Source: an uncultured Chloroflexia bacterium (lineage in GTDB: Bacteria; Chloroflexota; Dormibacteria; Aeolococcales; Aeolococcaceae). Taken from it: 64,000 nucleotides of DNA. The DNA lies in contig CAWJCO010000003.1 in the NCBI GenBank assembly GCA_963841385.1, positions 264,712 through 328,711 of the forward strand. The letters run 5' to 3'. A program made the translations under genes and the position numbers. Under the pieces are notes generated by a model that saw nothing but the letters and a program-made list of their open reading frames with translations, was not told where the DNA came from and searched no databases. The stretch's first letter is position 1, and each line of letters starts with the position of its first letter. Shown here piece by piece: positions 27,304 through 37,196 of the stretch.

Positions 27304-27673
27304 GGGGACGGGGTGACGTCGGGAGAAGCGACAAGGATCGAGCTCAGTGGAGCGATACTGGGGCCAAGCGACTCTGGCCCAAGTCCGGAGGCTGCGATTC
27401 GCCGAGCGGCGGGACATCGGAGTGTGGAGCAGGGAGCCTGATCCTTCTCTGGCCATTCAAGCCGGAGACCACGAGCAGCGGTGCCGCGGCTGGCGGCGGC
27501 GGCCGGGATGACGGTGGAGCGGGATGCCTCCATCCCTCGAAGCTATCTGGCCCCCGTCTGCCTCGAGGTCGGCCAGGTCGGCTGGCCACCTCGGCCAGCG
27601 CACTGGAAGGGGGATGATCTGATCCCGAACGGCGGCAGGCCCGAGCCGGCCAGCGCCGACGGAGCGGCAGGAG

Positions 27674-28552
27674 ATGGAAAGCATCAAACTCAACAATGGC
27701 GTTGAGATTCCCGCCCTCGGTCTGGGGGTCTTCCAGACACCCCCCGACGAGACCCGGGACGCTGTCCGCAGCGCCCTCGGCGCCGGGTACCGGCACATCG
27801 ACACCGCGGCGGCGTACGGCAACGAGCGCCAGGTCGGCGAGGCGGTCCAGAGTGCCGACCTGGACCGGTCAGAGGTCTTCCTGGAGACCAAGGTCTGGAT
27901 CAGCGACTACGGATATGACGAGACGCTGCACGCCTTCGAGAAGAGCGCCCGCAAGCTCGGCGTCGACCAGATCGACCTGCTGATCCTGCACCAGGCGCTG
28001 CCTTCGGCATTCGACCGGACCCTCGAGGCCTACCGTGCCCTGGAGGCGCTGCTCGACGGCGGCAGGGTCCGCGCCATCGGGGTCAGCAACTTCATGGTCG
28101 AGCACCTCGCGGCGCTCCTCGAACGCGCGACGGTGGTGCCGGCGGTCAACCAGATCGAGGTGCACCCCTACTTCGCGCAGCGACAGGTGCAGAACTTCGG
28201 CGCCCAGCATGGCATCGTCACCCAGGCCTGGTCACCGATCGGCGGCATCACCTTCTACCGCGACAGTGGCCACGGCAGCACGCTCGAGGACCCGGTCAGC
28301 GGAGACGTTGCCAGGGCCCACGGCAAGACCCCGGCCCAGGTGATGCTGCGCTGGGGTCTGCAGCAAGGCCGTTCGGTGATTCCGAAGTCCACCAAGCCCA
28401 GCCGCATCGCAGAGAACATCGACGTGTTCGACTTCGAGCTGTCGGCGGACGAGATGGCCGCGATCGACAGTCTGGACACTGGCCGTCGCGGCGGCCCCGA
28501 GCCCGACGCGATCACCTTGGAGGCGTTCGGCCGCGAGATCCCGGAGGCCTGA
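27674..28552 (+). CDS. Aldo/keto reductase (2,5-diketo-D-gluconate reductase-like)
   Basis: IDTAAAYGNE, ETKVW, LLILHQ, and the C-terminal SVIPKSTKPSRIAENIDVFDFEL. Confidence 0.9.
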   Translation: MESIKLNNGVEIPALGLGVFQTPPDETRDAVRSALGAGYRHIDTAAAYGNERQVGEAVQSADLDRSEVFLETKVWISDYGYDETLHAFEKSARKLGVDQIDLLILHQALPSAFDRTLEAYRALEALLDGGRVRAIGVSNFMVEHLAALLERATVVPAVNQIEVHPYFAQRQVQNFGAQHGIVTQAWSPIGGITFYRDSGHGSTLEDPVSGDVARAHGKTPAQVMLRWGLQQGRSVIPKSTKPSRIAENIDVFDFELSADEMAAIDSLDTGRRGGPEPDAITLEAFGREIPEA

Positions 28553-28721
28553 GAGCCTTCGCCTCGCCGTGGCGAAGCACGCGTCGGGTGGGTGACCGGC
28601 TGGATCTCGGCGCGCCGGCCGGACAGGGGCCGGGTGTTCACCCCAGAACCCGTGCCTGCTGCGGGTCCCGACGCCTCCGACTCGATTCGCTGACGCCGTG
28701 CCGCCACCGCGGCGTCGAGCG

Positions 28722-29300
28722 TCAGTGCGGTGGCTGCCAGCCGGGGTCGCGGCCGAAGAGCGCGACCAGCCGCGACTGGAGGGCGGCGTCCTCTGGCACC
28801 GGGACCGGAGGAGCGAAGAGGCCGCTCGCCTGCATGCCCTTCACGTCGGGCAGGGTGTTCTCGTAGACCGCCTCGGCCAGCTCGGGATCGAAGCGCACGA
28901 GGGCGCCGGTGGCGGCCCCGAGATCCCAGGAATGGATGAGCTCGTCGGCCCCCACCTGCCGAAGATAGGCGTCGTTGCTCACGTCGGCGTAAGAGAGATG
29001 GGCGATGGCGACGGGGTCGCAGCGGTCGACGGCGATGAGCGCGGCGTCCGCAGCGCGCCGCCAGCTCGCCGCGAGGTCGTCGCCGATGAGGTCCCCGTCG
29101 TAGCGGTCGCCGACCTCGGCGATGGTGGCTCCCAGGGTGAGGTCGGGAACCCAGCTCAGCTCGTAGAGCATGTGGCCCGCCAGAGCCCGCACATCCCACG
29201 CCGTGCAGGGCGTGGCCAGGCCGAGCTGGGAAGGGCGGACGCCCCCGATGAGCGCCGTTGCTTGCTCCAGAGCTCGGCGGAAGAGCTGCGCACCATCCAT
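28722..29300 (-). CDS. TIGR03086-like protein (mycothiol-dependent maleylpyruvate isomerase N-terminal / DinB-fold)
   Basis: PTPCTAWDVRALAGHM...YLRQVGADELIHSWDLGAATG...LVALFGRDP. Start at ATG 29300 (MDGAQLF). Confidence 0.65.
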   Translation of the reverse strand: MDGAQLFRRALEQATALIGGVRPSQLGLATPCTAWDVRALAGHMLYELSWVPDLTLGATIAEVGDRYDGDLIGDDLAASWRRAADAALIAVDRCDPVAIAHLSYADVSNDAYLRQVGADELIHSWDLGAATGALVRFDPELAEAVYENTLPDVKGMQASGLFAPPVPVPEDAALQSRLVALFGRDPGWQPPH

Positions 29301-29642
29301 GATCGAGGAGTAGTCTGCCACCTCTGAGCACCCCGCGATCGCCGGAGCGCCGCGACTTTGGGGAAATGGAGAACATCGAAAGGGGGTCTGAAAGGGGGAC
29401 GTCCAGCCGGGCCACGCGTGGTGGAGGACTCCGTGGCCAACTGCGCCGTGCTCATGCGGGAGGGGGCGCTTGACTGAGTCTCCTGGCGGTGCCAGGGCCG
29501 CCGGACATCGCTCCGAGCCGACCTGATCCTCCCTCAAGGAGGCGATGGCGAGATGAGCATGTCCTCCCAGCTACACCAGCGAGAAGTTCTGCCATGTCAA
29601 GACACAGGCCGGCCGGTCCCTCTCCAGGGAGAGGGCTGTGGC

Positions 29643-32600
29643 ATGCTCTTCTCGATGCGTTGCCCGAGTTGCGGGTGGGCGGCCGAGCCCGACCACCGGT
29701 TCTGCGCTCGCTGCGGGGCGCCGCTGGGGGACCGTCCGGCAAAGGGCGAGGAGCGCAAGGTCGTCACCGTGGTCTTCGCCGACCTGTTCGGCTTCACCTC
29801 GCGCGCCGAGCGGCTCGACCCCGAGGATGTGCACGCACTGCTGAAGCCCTACTACGCGCGCCTGCGCTCGGAGCTCGAGCGCTTCGGTGGCACCGTCGAG
29901 AAGTTCATCGGGGATGCGGTGATGGCCGTGTTCGGCGCTCCGACGGCCCACGAGGACGACCCCGAACGAGCCGTGCGTGCGGCGCTCGCGATCCGCGACT
30001 GGCTGCTGGAGCAGCCTGAGCTGCAGGTGCGCATCGCCGTCAACACCGGTGAGGCACTGGTGGCACTCGATGCCAGACCAGAGGCCGGCGAGGGGATGGT
30101 TTCGGGCGACGTGATCAACACGGCGGCGCGACTGCAGGCGACTGCCCTGGTCAACGGGATCCTGGTCGGTGAGGCGGCGTACCGCGCCAGCGCGCGCGTG
30201 ATCCGGTACCGGGATGCGGAGCCCGTGCTGGCCAAGGGCAAGAGGGCGCCGCTTGCGGTCTGGGAAGCGATCGAGGCCAGGTCGCGGCTCGGCAGCGAGG
30301 TCGGCTCGGTGATCCGAACTCCTCTGGTGGGCCGCGACCGCGAGCTGCGCTTGCTCACCGACAGCCTGGCGCGCGTGGGCCAGGATCGCACCGCCCAGCT
30401 GGTCACCGTGGTGGGCGTGCCCGGGATCGGCAAGAGCCGGCTGATCGCCGAGCTGTTTCGTGCCATCGAGCATGATCCGACCGAGATCATTCAGTGGCGT
30501 CAGGGTCGCTCGCTTCCCTACGGTGACGGCGTCACCTTCTGGGTCCTGGCCGAGATGGTCAAGGCGCAGGCCGGCGTCCTGGAGACCGACGCGCCGGACC
30601 AGGCCGCTGCCAAGCTGCGCACGTCGATCGCCGGCGTGATCCCCGACACCGCGGAGGCCGGCTGGATCGAGAGCCACCTCCGGCCCCTGGCCGGACTGGG
30701 GGCCGCCGACCCCGGCCGAGGAGACCGTCGAGACGAGTCCTTCACCGCCTGGCGTCGCTTCTTCGAGCGGCTGGCGGACCAGCATCCGCTGGCGCTGATC
30801 TTCGAGGATGTTCATTGGGCGGACGACAACCTCCTCGACTTCATCGATTCCTTGGTGGAGCTCTCCGTAGACGTGCCGCTCCTCGTCGTCTGCGGCGCGC
30901 GCCCCGAGCTGCTGGAACGCCGTTCCGGTTGGGGCGGGGGCAAGCGCAACGCGGTCACGCTCTCGCTGTCGCCGCTCTCGGATGCGGAGACGGCGGCGCT
31001 CATCAGCGGCCTGGCCCGTCGACCGCTGATCCCGGCCGACACCCGGCGCACCCTGCTGACGAGGGCGGGTGGCAACCCTCTCTATGCCGAGCAGTACGTG
31101 CGCATGCTGGTTGAGCGCGGTGACGCCGCAGACCTACCACTGCCCGAGACGGTGCAGGGGATCATCGCCGCGCGCATCGACGGCCTGGCACTGGCGGAGA
31201 AGCAGGTGCTGCAGGACGCCGCGGTGATCGGCAAGGTGTTCTGGCCCGGTGCCGCGGCGGCGGTCGGCGAGCGTACGCCCGCCGATGTGGAGGCCTGCCT
31301 CAAGACCCTGCAACGCAGGGAGTTCGTGCAGCGTTCGCGACGGTCATCCGCTGCCTCGGAGGCCGAGTACAGCTTTCTGCACGTGCTGATGCGCGACGTC
31401 GCGTACGGCGAGATACCAAGGGCGCAGCGCGCCGAGAAGCATCGTCGGGCCGCAGGCTGGCTGACGTCCTTCGGACGCGCCGAGGACAACGCCGAGATGG
31501 TCGCCCATCATTATCAGAGCGCCGTGGAGCTGCGCCGTACCGCCGCTGAGCCCGTCGACCCGGACCTGGCCGCCGAGGCGCGCGTCAGCCTCCAGGAGGC
31601 TGGCGCCCACGCCTTCGCCCTCAGCGCCTACCACAACGCGGGCCCGATATTACGAGTCGGCGCTGGGGCTGGCCCTGGCGGGCTCCCGCGAGCGGGCCCG
31701 GCTGCTGCTCCTGCTGGGACGTGCTCAACTCTTCCTTGGGCAGTTCGATGGCACCACGCTGGCGGCCGCCGCCGAGGAGCTCATCGCCCTTGGAGAGAAC
31801 GAGGCCGCCGCCGAGGCGGAGGCGGCGTTGGGGAACGCCTGCTGGCTGCGCGGCGACCGTGACCTCGCCGACGAGCATCTCGCCCGGGCGCGCGATCTGG
31901 TCGAGCACTCGGCGCCCTCTCCGGTCAAGGCGCAGGTGATGGCCGAGGGGTCACGCTTCTTCATCCTCGCCGGGGACTACCGGGCGGCGATCGCGCTCGG
32001 CGGCGAGGCGCTGGCCATGGCGGAGCAGTTGGGGCTCCCCACGCCGGAGGCCGCCACGCTCAACAACATCGGCTCCGCCACGGCCTTCATGGGGAACAGC
32101 GCGGGCGGCATCGAGAAGCTCGAGCGCAGTGTCGCCGTCGCCACCCGGCAGAACGCAGCCTATGAGGCCTGCCGCGCGCTCAACAACCTTGCCACCGCGC
32201 TCTGGGGCGCGGGTCAGCTGATTCGGAGCCGCGACACCGGGCGCGAGTTTGAGGCGGCGATCGTTCGCTACGGTGAGACGCTCTTCGCCCGCTGGGCCAG
32301 GGCCTCCCCGGCAGCATGGGACTTCGCCATCGGTCTCTGGGACGATGCTCTGCGCCGTGCGAACGCGGTCATCGCGGAGGTCGAATCGGGATCGCCTCAC
32401 TATCTCGCGGCGGAGACCTATGTGACGCGTGCCTCCATCCTCCTGGCGCGATCCGAGGTTGCCAGGGTACTGGAGGACGTCGACACGGCGATCGATGGGG
32501 CTCATCGGGCCAAGGACCCGCAGTTGCTGATCGCCGTGATCGCGACATCCGCCCACGTCCTCATGGAGCTCGGAGACACGCAGCGCGCCGACGCGCTGGC

Positions 32601-32982
32601 GAGCGAGAGTTTGGCGGTGTTGCGGCAGCACGGGCTCCAGGGGTACGTTGCCTGGCCCACGCATCGGCTGGCCTGGACGCTCGCCTCGCTGGGACGCAGC
32701 GAGGAGCTCATCCGGCTCGAGCCAGTCGACCCCTCACCCTGGGTCACGGCGGCGCTGCAATTCGCCCGCGGCGACATCGAGGCCTCGGCCGAGACGTGCG
32801 CCGCCATGGGTGCGGTGAGCGAGGCGGCACGCGACCGTCTCTGGCTGGCCGAGCGGCTCGTCGCCGAGGACCGCCGGCCTGAGGCCGATGCTCAGGCGCA
32901 GCGCGCCCTCGCCTTCTACCGCTCGGTGGGCGCCACCCGATACAGCCGCATGGCTGGGTCGCTGCTCGGTATGTCGCCGTGA
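29643..32982 (+). pseudogene. Large signalling protein (double zinc ribbon, class III adenylate cyclase, AAA/STAND ATPase, TPR-like C-terminus) interrupted by a single +1 frameshift near 31640-31646
   Basis: Zinc ribbon CPSCG...CARCG. Cyclase motifs VVFADLFGFT, KFIGDAVMAVFGAP, VINTAARLQ. P-loop VVGVPGIGKSRL. The sensible translation switches frame at AFALSAYHNA | ARYYESALGLALAGSRERARLLL, and the downstream frame has no start codon before TTG 31828. Confidence 0.7.
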
Positions 32983-33084
32983 TTCGGGAGCCAGAGCGCT
33001 CACATCGCTGTAGGTCGGCCGTCCCCAGCTTTGGGGGGGCCGGCGACACCGACCGGACCAGCGTCGGCGAGAATGCGAACCAGC

Positions 33085-33107
33085 GCTGGAGCGCGAGGCG
33101 GAGCTGG
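33085..33107. repeat. Distal copy of a 23-nt imperfect direct repeat matching the 3' end of tRNA-Gly
   Basis: GCTGGAGCGCGAGGCGGAGCTGG matches GCTGGAGCGGGAGGCGGGGCTCG (34353-34375) at 20 of 23 positions (hand count), in the same orientation. Confidence 0.55.
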
Positions 33108-33216
33108 CTGGGCGCTCTTTGAGGGGCCGCGCTCGCCACGTTGGTCGTCCCCGCCATCGCCTCTATCTCCGCGCTTGCTCAATGGCTGTTGAGGACCTGG
33201 CTGCTGGTACGAGGCG

Positions 33217-34119
33217 TCAATACCCAGGGGTGGGCAGAGCCGACAAGGAGGCGCACCTTCTCTGATCTGATCTGTCGCGTGGATCAGATGATTGAGAGGC
33301 TTGAACGTCGGTAGTTGCTCCGAAGGCAAATGGCGCAGCTCGCATCCGCGAGCCCAGTAGCTGCACTTCCGCCGCGAAGTCGGAGACGGGTGGGAGGCCG
33401 CAGCAGGTCCAGAGATCGAGGATGGCTCGGTAGTGACCATACGCGAGCCAGATCACGGAGTTGTAGTTGGTCTTGGTCTCGCCAAGGTAAAGGTATGGAA
33501 AGGTGAACAGACGCATAACGCTAGGCACACCGGCGTCGATGGTCTCGGCCAGCTGGGTGACCGGTCCCGCCATCGATGCCCCAGTGCCTGCGATGTCGCC
33601 GTCCACCTGACCGGCGTAGCAGTCGGAATACGCTGACGTGGCCACCTGAGCCTGCTCGGCGGTGACGGCAGCCGCGCTCTCCTGAGCGAACACGTCCAGG
33701 ACTCCATGGCCCTCCTCACCGTCATTCGGTTCGAGATCATAGCTGTAGGCCCGATACTAGCCAGCTGTGTATGGGGACAGCACTTGGAGACACCCGGGGC
33801 TGGTTTGATGCGCGAAGTCGAGAGGTTCATCGGCAATCATGGTCCATCCCGACGGCGCGGCTCCGGGAACGGCAGCTATGGGCGCGTGGACGGAGAACGG
33901 GCTGAGCTCGGCGGCAGTCAGGGCGATCGCCTGAACGGTGGCCTGATCCTGGGCGTTCGGGGCCGATGGGACCGCCGGGACGGAGGCGGAAGGCGTGGAT
34001 GGCGGCAGGGTTGGGCTTGTGGCAGCGGTGGGCTTGGCCGTGGTCGAGGGCGACGCACACGCCGCAATCAGTGGCGCAAGGACAGCCACGGCCAGCAGCA
34101 CGGGCCGGCGTCGATCCAC
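33217..34119 (-). pseudogene. Lipoprotein (possibly with a PknH-like extracellular sensor domain) split by an in-frame TAG at 33757-33759
   Basis: Signal peptide with lipobox LIAAC and a PT/S-rich linker. ORFs 33757..34305 and 33217..33693 are in the same frame, and sensible sequence continues across the TAG (..CLQVLSPYTAG*YRAYSYDLEPNDG..). The domain assignment is a weak recollection. Confidence 0.5.
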
Positions 34120-34354
34120 CAATTCGTAAGACCTTTGCGGATAGCCGCCTCCGGAGTAGTCACCGGGGCGGAGACGCGGGTGGCCCGGTGCTTGTGGCAC
34201 TGGCCCATCCTGGCAGGCTGACGCCGAAGGTACAACAAGAGGGTCGCCCGGGGATTGACCCCTCATATGAGGATCTACGCCGCCAACACTGCAGAGGCGT
34301 TTCACCCCTCGGGGGTGAGTTCCCCGAGCTCAAATGAACTCGCCTCAAGCCGGC

Positions 34355-34429
34355 TGGAGCGGGAGGCGGGGCTCGAACCCGTGACCCCTACCTTGGCAAG
34401 GTAGTGCTCTACCACTGAGCTACTCCCGC
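34355..34429 (-). tRNA. tRNA-Gly (anticodon GCC), CCA encoded
   Basis: Reverse complement GCGGGAGTAGCTCAGTGGTAGAGCACTACCTTGCCAAGGTAGGGGTCACGGGTTCGAGCCCCGCCTCCCGCTCCA folds as a cloverleaf. The anticodon loop is TTGCCAA. Confidence 0.9.
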
Positions 34430-34539
34430 GCGCCGCCGAGTATATCGCGGCTGCGGGACCGGGCCAGCCCTCGAGAGAGGCCGCCGCCGCGAGTTCCGCT
34501 CCCGGCAGGGGAGGGGAGGAGCCGCGACCTCGGGGAGGG

Positions 34540-34875
34540 CTACGTCACCCCGGCCCTCTCCCCCAGCTCGCGCAGCCGCTCGAAGGTGTAGATGCCGGTC
34601 GAGTGGCCGTCCGCCCAGACGGCGTTGAGCCCGTAGGCGCCCACCAGGCCGATGTCGGCAAGGTCGTCCTCGCCGGCCCCGAGCTCGGGGCCGGCGGCGA
34701 AGCGTCCCGCGCTTCCCATCTCCCCGGCGCAGACCGCGCAGGGGCAGGCGCGGCGGAGCACCGGGAAGGGGATGCGGTGAACGGTCCCGTCGGCCCACTC
34801 CACGAGCAGGGCGCGCCGGGGCTCGTCGTAGTCGAATCGGAGCGGCCGGGTGCGGTCCGGGGCGGGGATCGGCAT
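34540..34875 (-). CDS. DUF971 domain-containing protein (gamma-butyrobetaine hydroxylase N-terminal-like)
   Basis: LLVEWADGTVHRIPFPVLRRACPCAVC...LNAVWADGHSTGIYTFERL matches the DUF971 pattern. Confidence 0.7.
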   Translation of the reverse strand: MPIPAPDRTRPLRFDYDEPRRALLVEWADGTVHRIPFPVLRRACPCAVCAGEMGSAGRFAAGPELGAGEDDLADIGLVGAYGLNAVWADGHSTGIYTFERLRELGERAGVT

Positions 34876-34920
34876 CAGCTTGAATCGGCCTGGTGGCGCG
34901 AGTCGCGGTCCCGGCCGGTC

Positions 34921-35241
34921 CTAGCGGAGCACGTTCTGGAGCTTCATGGCCAGGGCCATATCCCCCCGGACCTTCAGCCTGCCGGTCATGAACGCCATGG
35001 TGGGATCCAGCTTGCCGGTGGCCAGCCCCACGAAGTCGTCGGCTGACATCGAGATCGTGGTGTTCGGGTTCTCGGTGGCGCCGGCCCCCGCCTCACCCAC
35101 TCCGTCTCTGAGCACGATGTGGAACGGGCCGCCGTCGTCGCCGCTCAGGTCGAACTGGTAGGCACCGGTGGTATTGCCGGCCTTGCCCGGCTCGGCCAGG
35201 CGGCTGTTGACCTCGGCGAAGATCTCGGTGACGGTGGGCAC
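34921..35241 (-). CDS. SCP2 sterol-binding domain protein
   Basis: 106 aa with YQFDLSGDDGGPFHIVL...DFVGLATGKLDPTMAFMTGRLKVRGDMALAMKL. Confidence 0.8.
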   Translation of the reverse strand: MPTVTEIFAEVNSRLAEPGKAGNTTGAYQFDLSGDDGGPFHIVLRDGVGEAGAGATENPNTTISMSADDFVGLATGKLDPTMAFMTGRLKVRGDMALAMKLQNVLR

Positions 35242-35297
35242 GGACTACCACCTCCTTGCGGTCGCAACGGGCTCTGCCGCCAGTCTACGTCCGGCCG

Positions 35298-35582
35298 TCA
35301 GAGGAGTGTCTCGGCCTGCTCCGCGCGTGTCCGGCGGTGCCGCGACGACTCCTCCGCGCCCACCGGCTCGTCACTGGCCGGGTGCTCGACCAGGGCGATG
35401 ACCCGGGTGGCCATGAACCGCCCGGTGCGGACCGCCTGCCCGGCGCGGGTCACCTCGCTGACCTCGACCACCCCGCGGGCGGTGCTCACCTCGACCTTGC
35501 GTCCCGCCCGGGTGGCGACGATCTCGTAGGTCTCGGCCGCCCCCCCGGTGTCGATGACGATCTCTACCCGGTCTCCCTTCAT
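35298..35582 (-). CDS. Hypothetical small protein
   Basis: 94-aa ORF with ordinary composition and no motif recognised. Confidence 0.35.
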   Translation of the reverse strand: MKGDRVEIVIDTGGAAETYEIVATRAGRKVEVSTARGVVEVSEVTRAGQAVRTGRFMATRVIALVEHPASDEPVGAEESSRHRRTRAEQAETLL

Positions 35583-35676
35583 AGCCGGGATCGTACTCCG
35601 GTGGCGGTCCGAGCGCAGCGCCAGGTGCGATCGGTGGGCTCTGGCCGCGGCTCCCGCGTACTACACTTCGGCGCAG

Positions 35677-36138
35677 ATGGCGTGGTGGTTGTTCTGGGTG
35701 GTGGTGGCGGTCCTGCTGGCCGCGGGTGAGATCCATACCCAGGCGCTCTATCTGCTCTTCCTGGCGGTGGGCGCGGCTGTGGCCGCCATCCTCGGCGCAC
35801 TCGGCCTCGCTCTCTGGCTCCAGGTGGTCGCCGGCGCCGCGGCGGCGGTCGGAGGGGTGTTCGCGGTGCGGCCCGTGCTCAAGCAGGCGATGGAGGGCCG
35901 GCTCTCCGCCCCCTACCGGTTCCCGGGCCTGGCCGGCGGGCTGGTGGGCGCTCGTGCGGTCACCGTCGACCCCGTTGGCGACGAGCACCACCCGGGTCAC
36001 GCCCTGCTCGCCAACGAGAAATGGCTGGCGATCACCGACGCCCCCGAGCCGATCCCCACCGACACCCCGGTGGTCGTCGCCGCGGTGCGGGGCACCACCC
36101 TTCTGGTGCGCGCCAGCGGCGCGCCTCGTCTGCAATAG
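35677..36138 (+). CDS. NfeD family membrane protein
   Basis: Three N-terminal TM helices and a C-terminal OB-like domain (GARAVTVDPVG...GHALLANEKWLAI...VVVAAVRGTTLLV). Lies directly upstream of an SPFH gene. Confidence 0.7.
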   Translation: MAWWLFWVVVAVLLAAGEIHTQALYLLFLAVGAAVAAILGALGLALWLQVVAGAAAAVGGVFAVRPVLKQAMEGRLSAPYRFPGLAGGLVGARAVTVDPVGDEHHPGHALLANEKWLAITDAPEPIPTDTPVVVAAVRGTTLLVRASGAPRLQ

Positions 36139-36184
36139 GCCGGGTTCCGCTGAGCATCCCGACCGACACCTGAGGAGCTGACCC

Positions 36185-37147
36185 ATGGGCGCCCTGATTG
36201 CACTGGCCGTCGTCGTCGTCCTCCTGCTGGTCGGGCTCGGCACCGCCGTGAACCTGGTCCAGCAGGGCTTCAACGGAGTGGTGACGCGGTTCGGCCGGTA
36301 CCACCGCGAGGTCGGCTCCGGCATCTGCCTGATCTGGCCGTTCTTCGACAAGCTGGTCCGGGTCGACATGCGCGAGACGCCGCGCACCGGGGACCGCCAG
36401 GATGTGATCACCCGTGACAACGTCGCCGTCGCCGTTAACGCCACCATCTTCAGCCAGGTGATCGACGCCAAGGCCGCCCTCTTCAACGTCTCCAACTACT
36501 TCATCGCCATCGACCAGCAGGCGCGCACCACCCTCCGCAACGCCTTCGGCAACGTCTCCCTGGACGATGCCCTCTCCCAGCGCGAGCAGATCAACGCGGC
36601 GATGCAGCAGCAGATGGAGCAGGTCACCGACAAGTGGGGGATCCGGATCAACCGGATCGAGATCGTCGACATCAGCCCCCCGGGGCAGATCCTCCAGGCG
36701 ATGGCGCTGCAGAAGCAGGCCGACCAGGAGAAGCGGGCTCGGATCCTCCAGTCCGAGGGGCAGCAGCAGCAGGCGATCAACATCGCCGAGGGCAACCGGC
36801 AGGCGGCTATCAAGCAGGCGGAGGGCGAGCGGCAGGCGACCATCCTCCGGGCCGAGGGAGCGCGGCAGGCGGCGATCCTGGAGGCCGAGGGGCGGGCCCT
36901 CGCGATCACCAACGTCTACCAGTCGATCAAGGCGGCGGCGCCCGACCCCACCCTGGTCGCCATCCTCCAGCTCGACACGCTGAGCAAGTTCGCCGACAGC
37001 GACAACACGACCATCGTGGTCCCCGCCGAATCCGCCGCCCTGATGGGCGCGGCTCAGGCGCTCCGCGGTGTCCTGGGCGCCGTCCCGTCGGAGGGTGCCC
37101 CGCCGGTGAAGCTGCCGGCCGTGCAGGGACCGCCGCCCGCGAGGTGA
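36185..37147 (+). CDS. SPFH/band 7 (stomatin-like) protein
   Basis: N-terminal TM helix. SPFH core VVTRFGRYHR...ITRDNVAVAVNA...WGIRINRIEIVDISPP, followed by an AEG-repeat coiled coil. Confidence 0.9.
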   Translation: MGALIALAVVVVLLLVGLGTAVNLVQQGFNGVVTRFGRYHREVGSGICLIWPFFDKLVRVDMRETPRTGDRQDVITRDNVAVAVNATIFSQVIDAKAALFNVSNYFIAIDQQARTTLRNAFGNVSLDDALSQREQINAAMQQQMEQVTDKWGIRINRIEIVDISPPGQILQAMALQKQADQEKRARILQSEGQQQQAINIAEGNRQAAIKQAEGERQATILRAEGARQAAILEAEGRALAITNVYQSIKAAAPDPTLVAILQLDTLSKFADSDNTTIVVPAESAALMGAAQALRGVLGAVPSEGAPPVKLPAVQGPPPAR

Positions 37148-37196
37148 CGGCGTGCTGACGCCCCGCCCGGTCGCCGCGGCGTAGCGTTGCCGGGAG

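Noticed and set aside
27304-27673. The 370-nt gap before the aldo-keto reductase as a possible riboswitch or small gene.
   Set aside because: I could not recognise any conserved riboswitch core or a credible ORF with an RBS. Only short GC-rich inverted repeats are present, so it needs an Rfam scan rather than a claim.
31828-32982. An independent 384-aa TPR protein gene.
   Set aside because: Its reading frame is open and encodes sensible TPR-like sequence for about 180 nt upstream with no start codon. It joins the cyclase/ATPase ORF through a 1-nt frameshift, so I treated it as the C-terminus of one disrupted gene.
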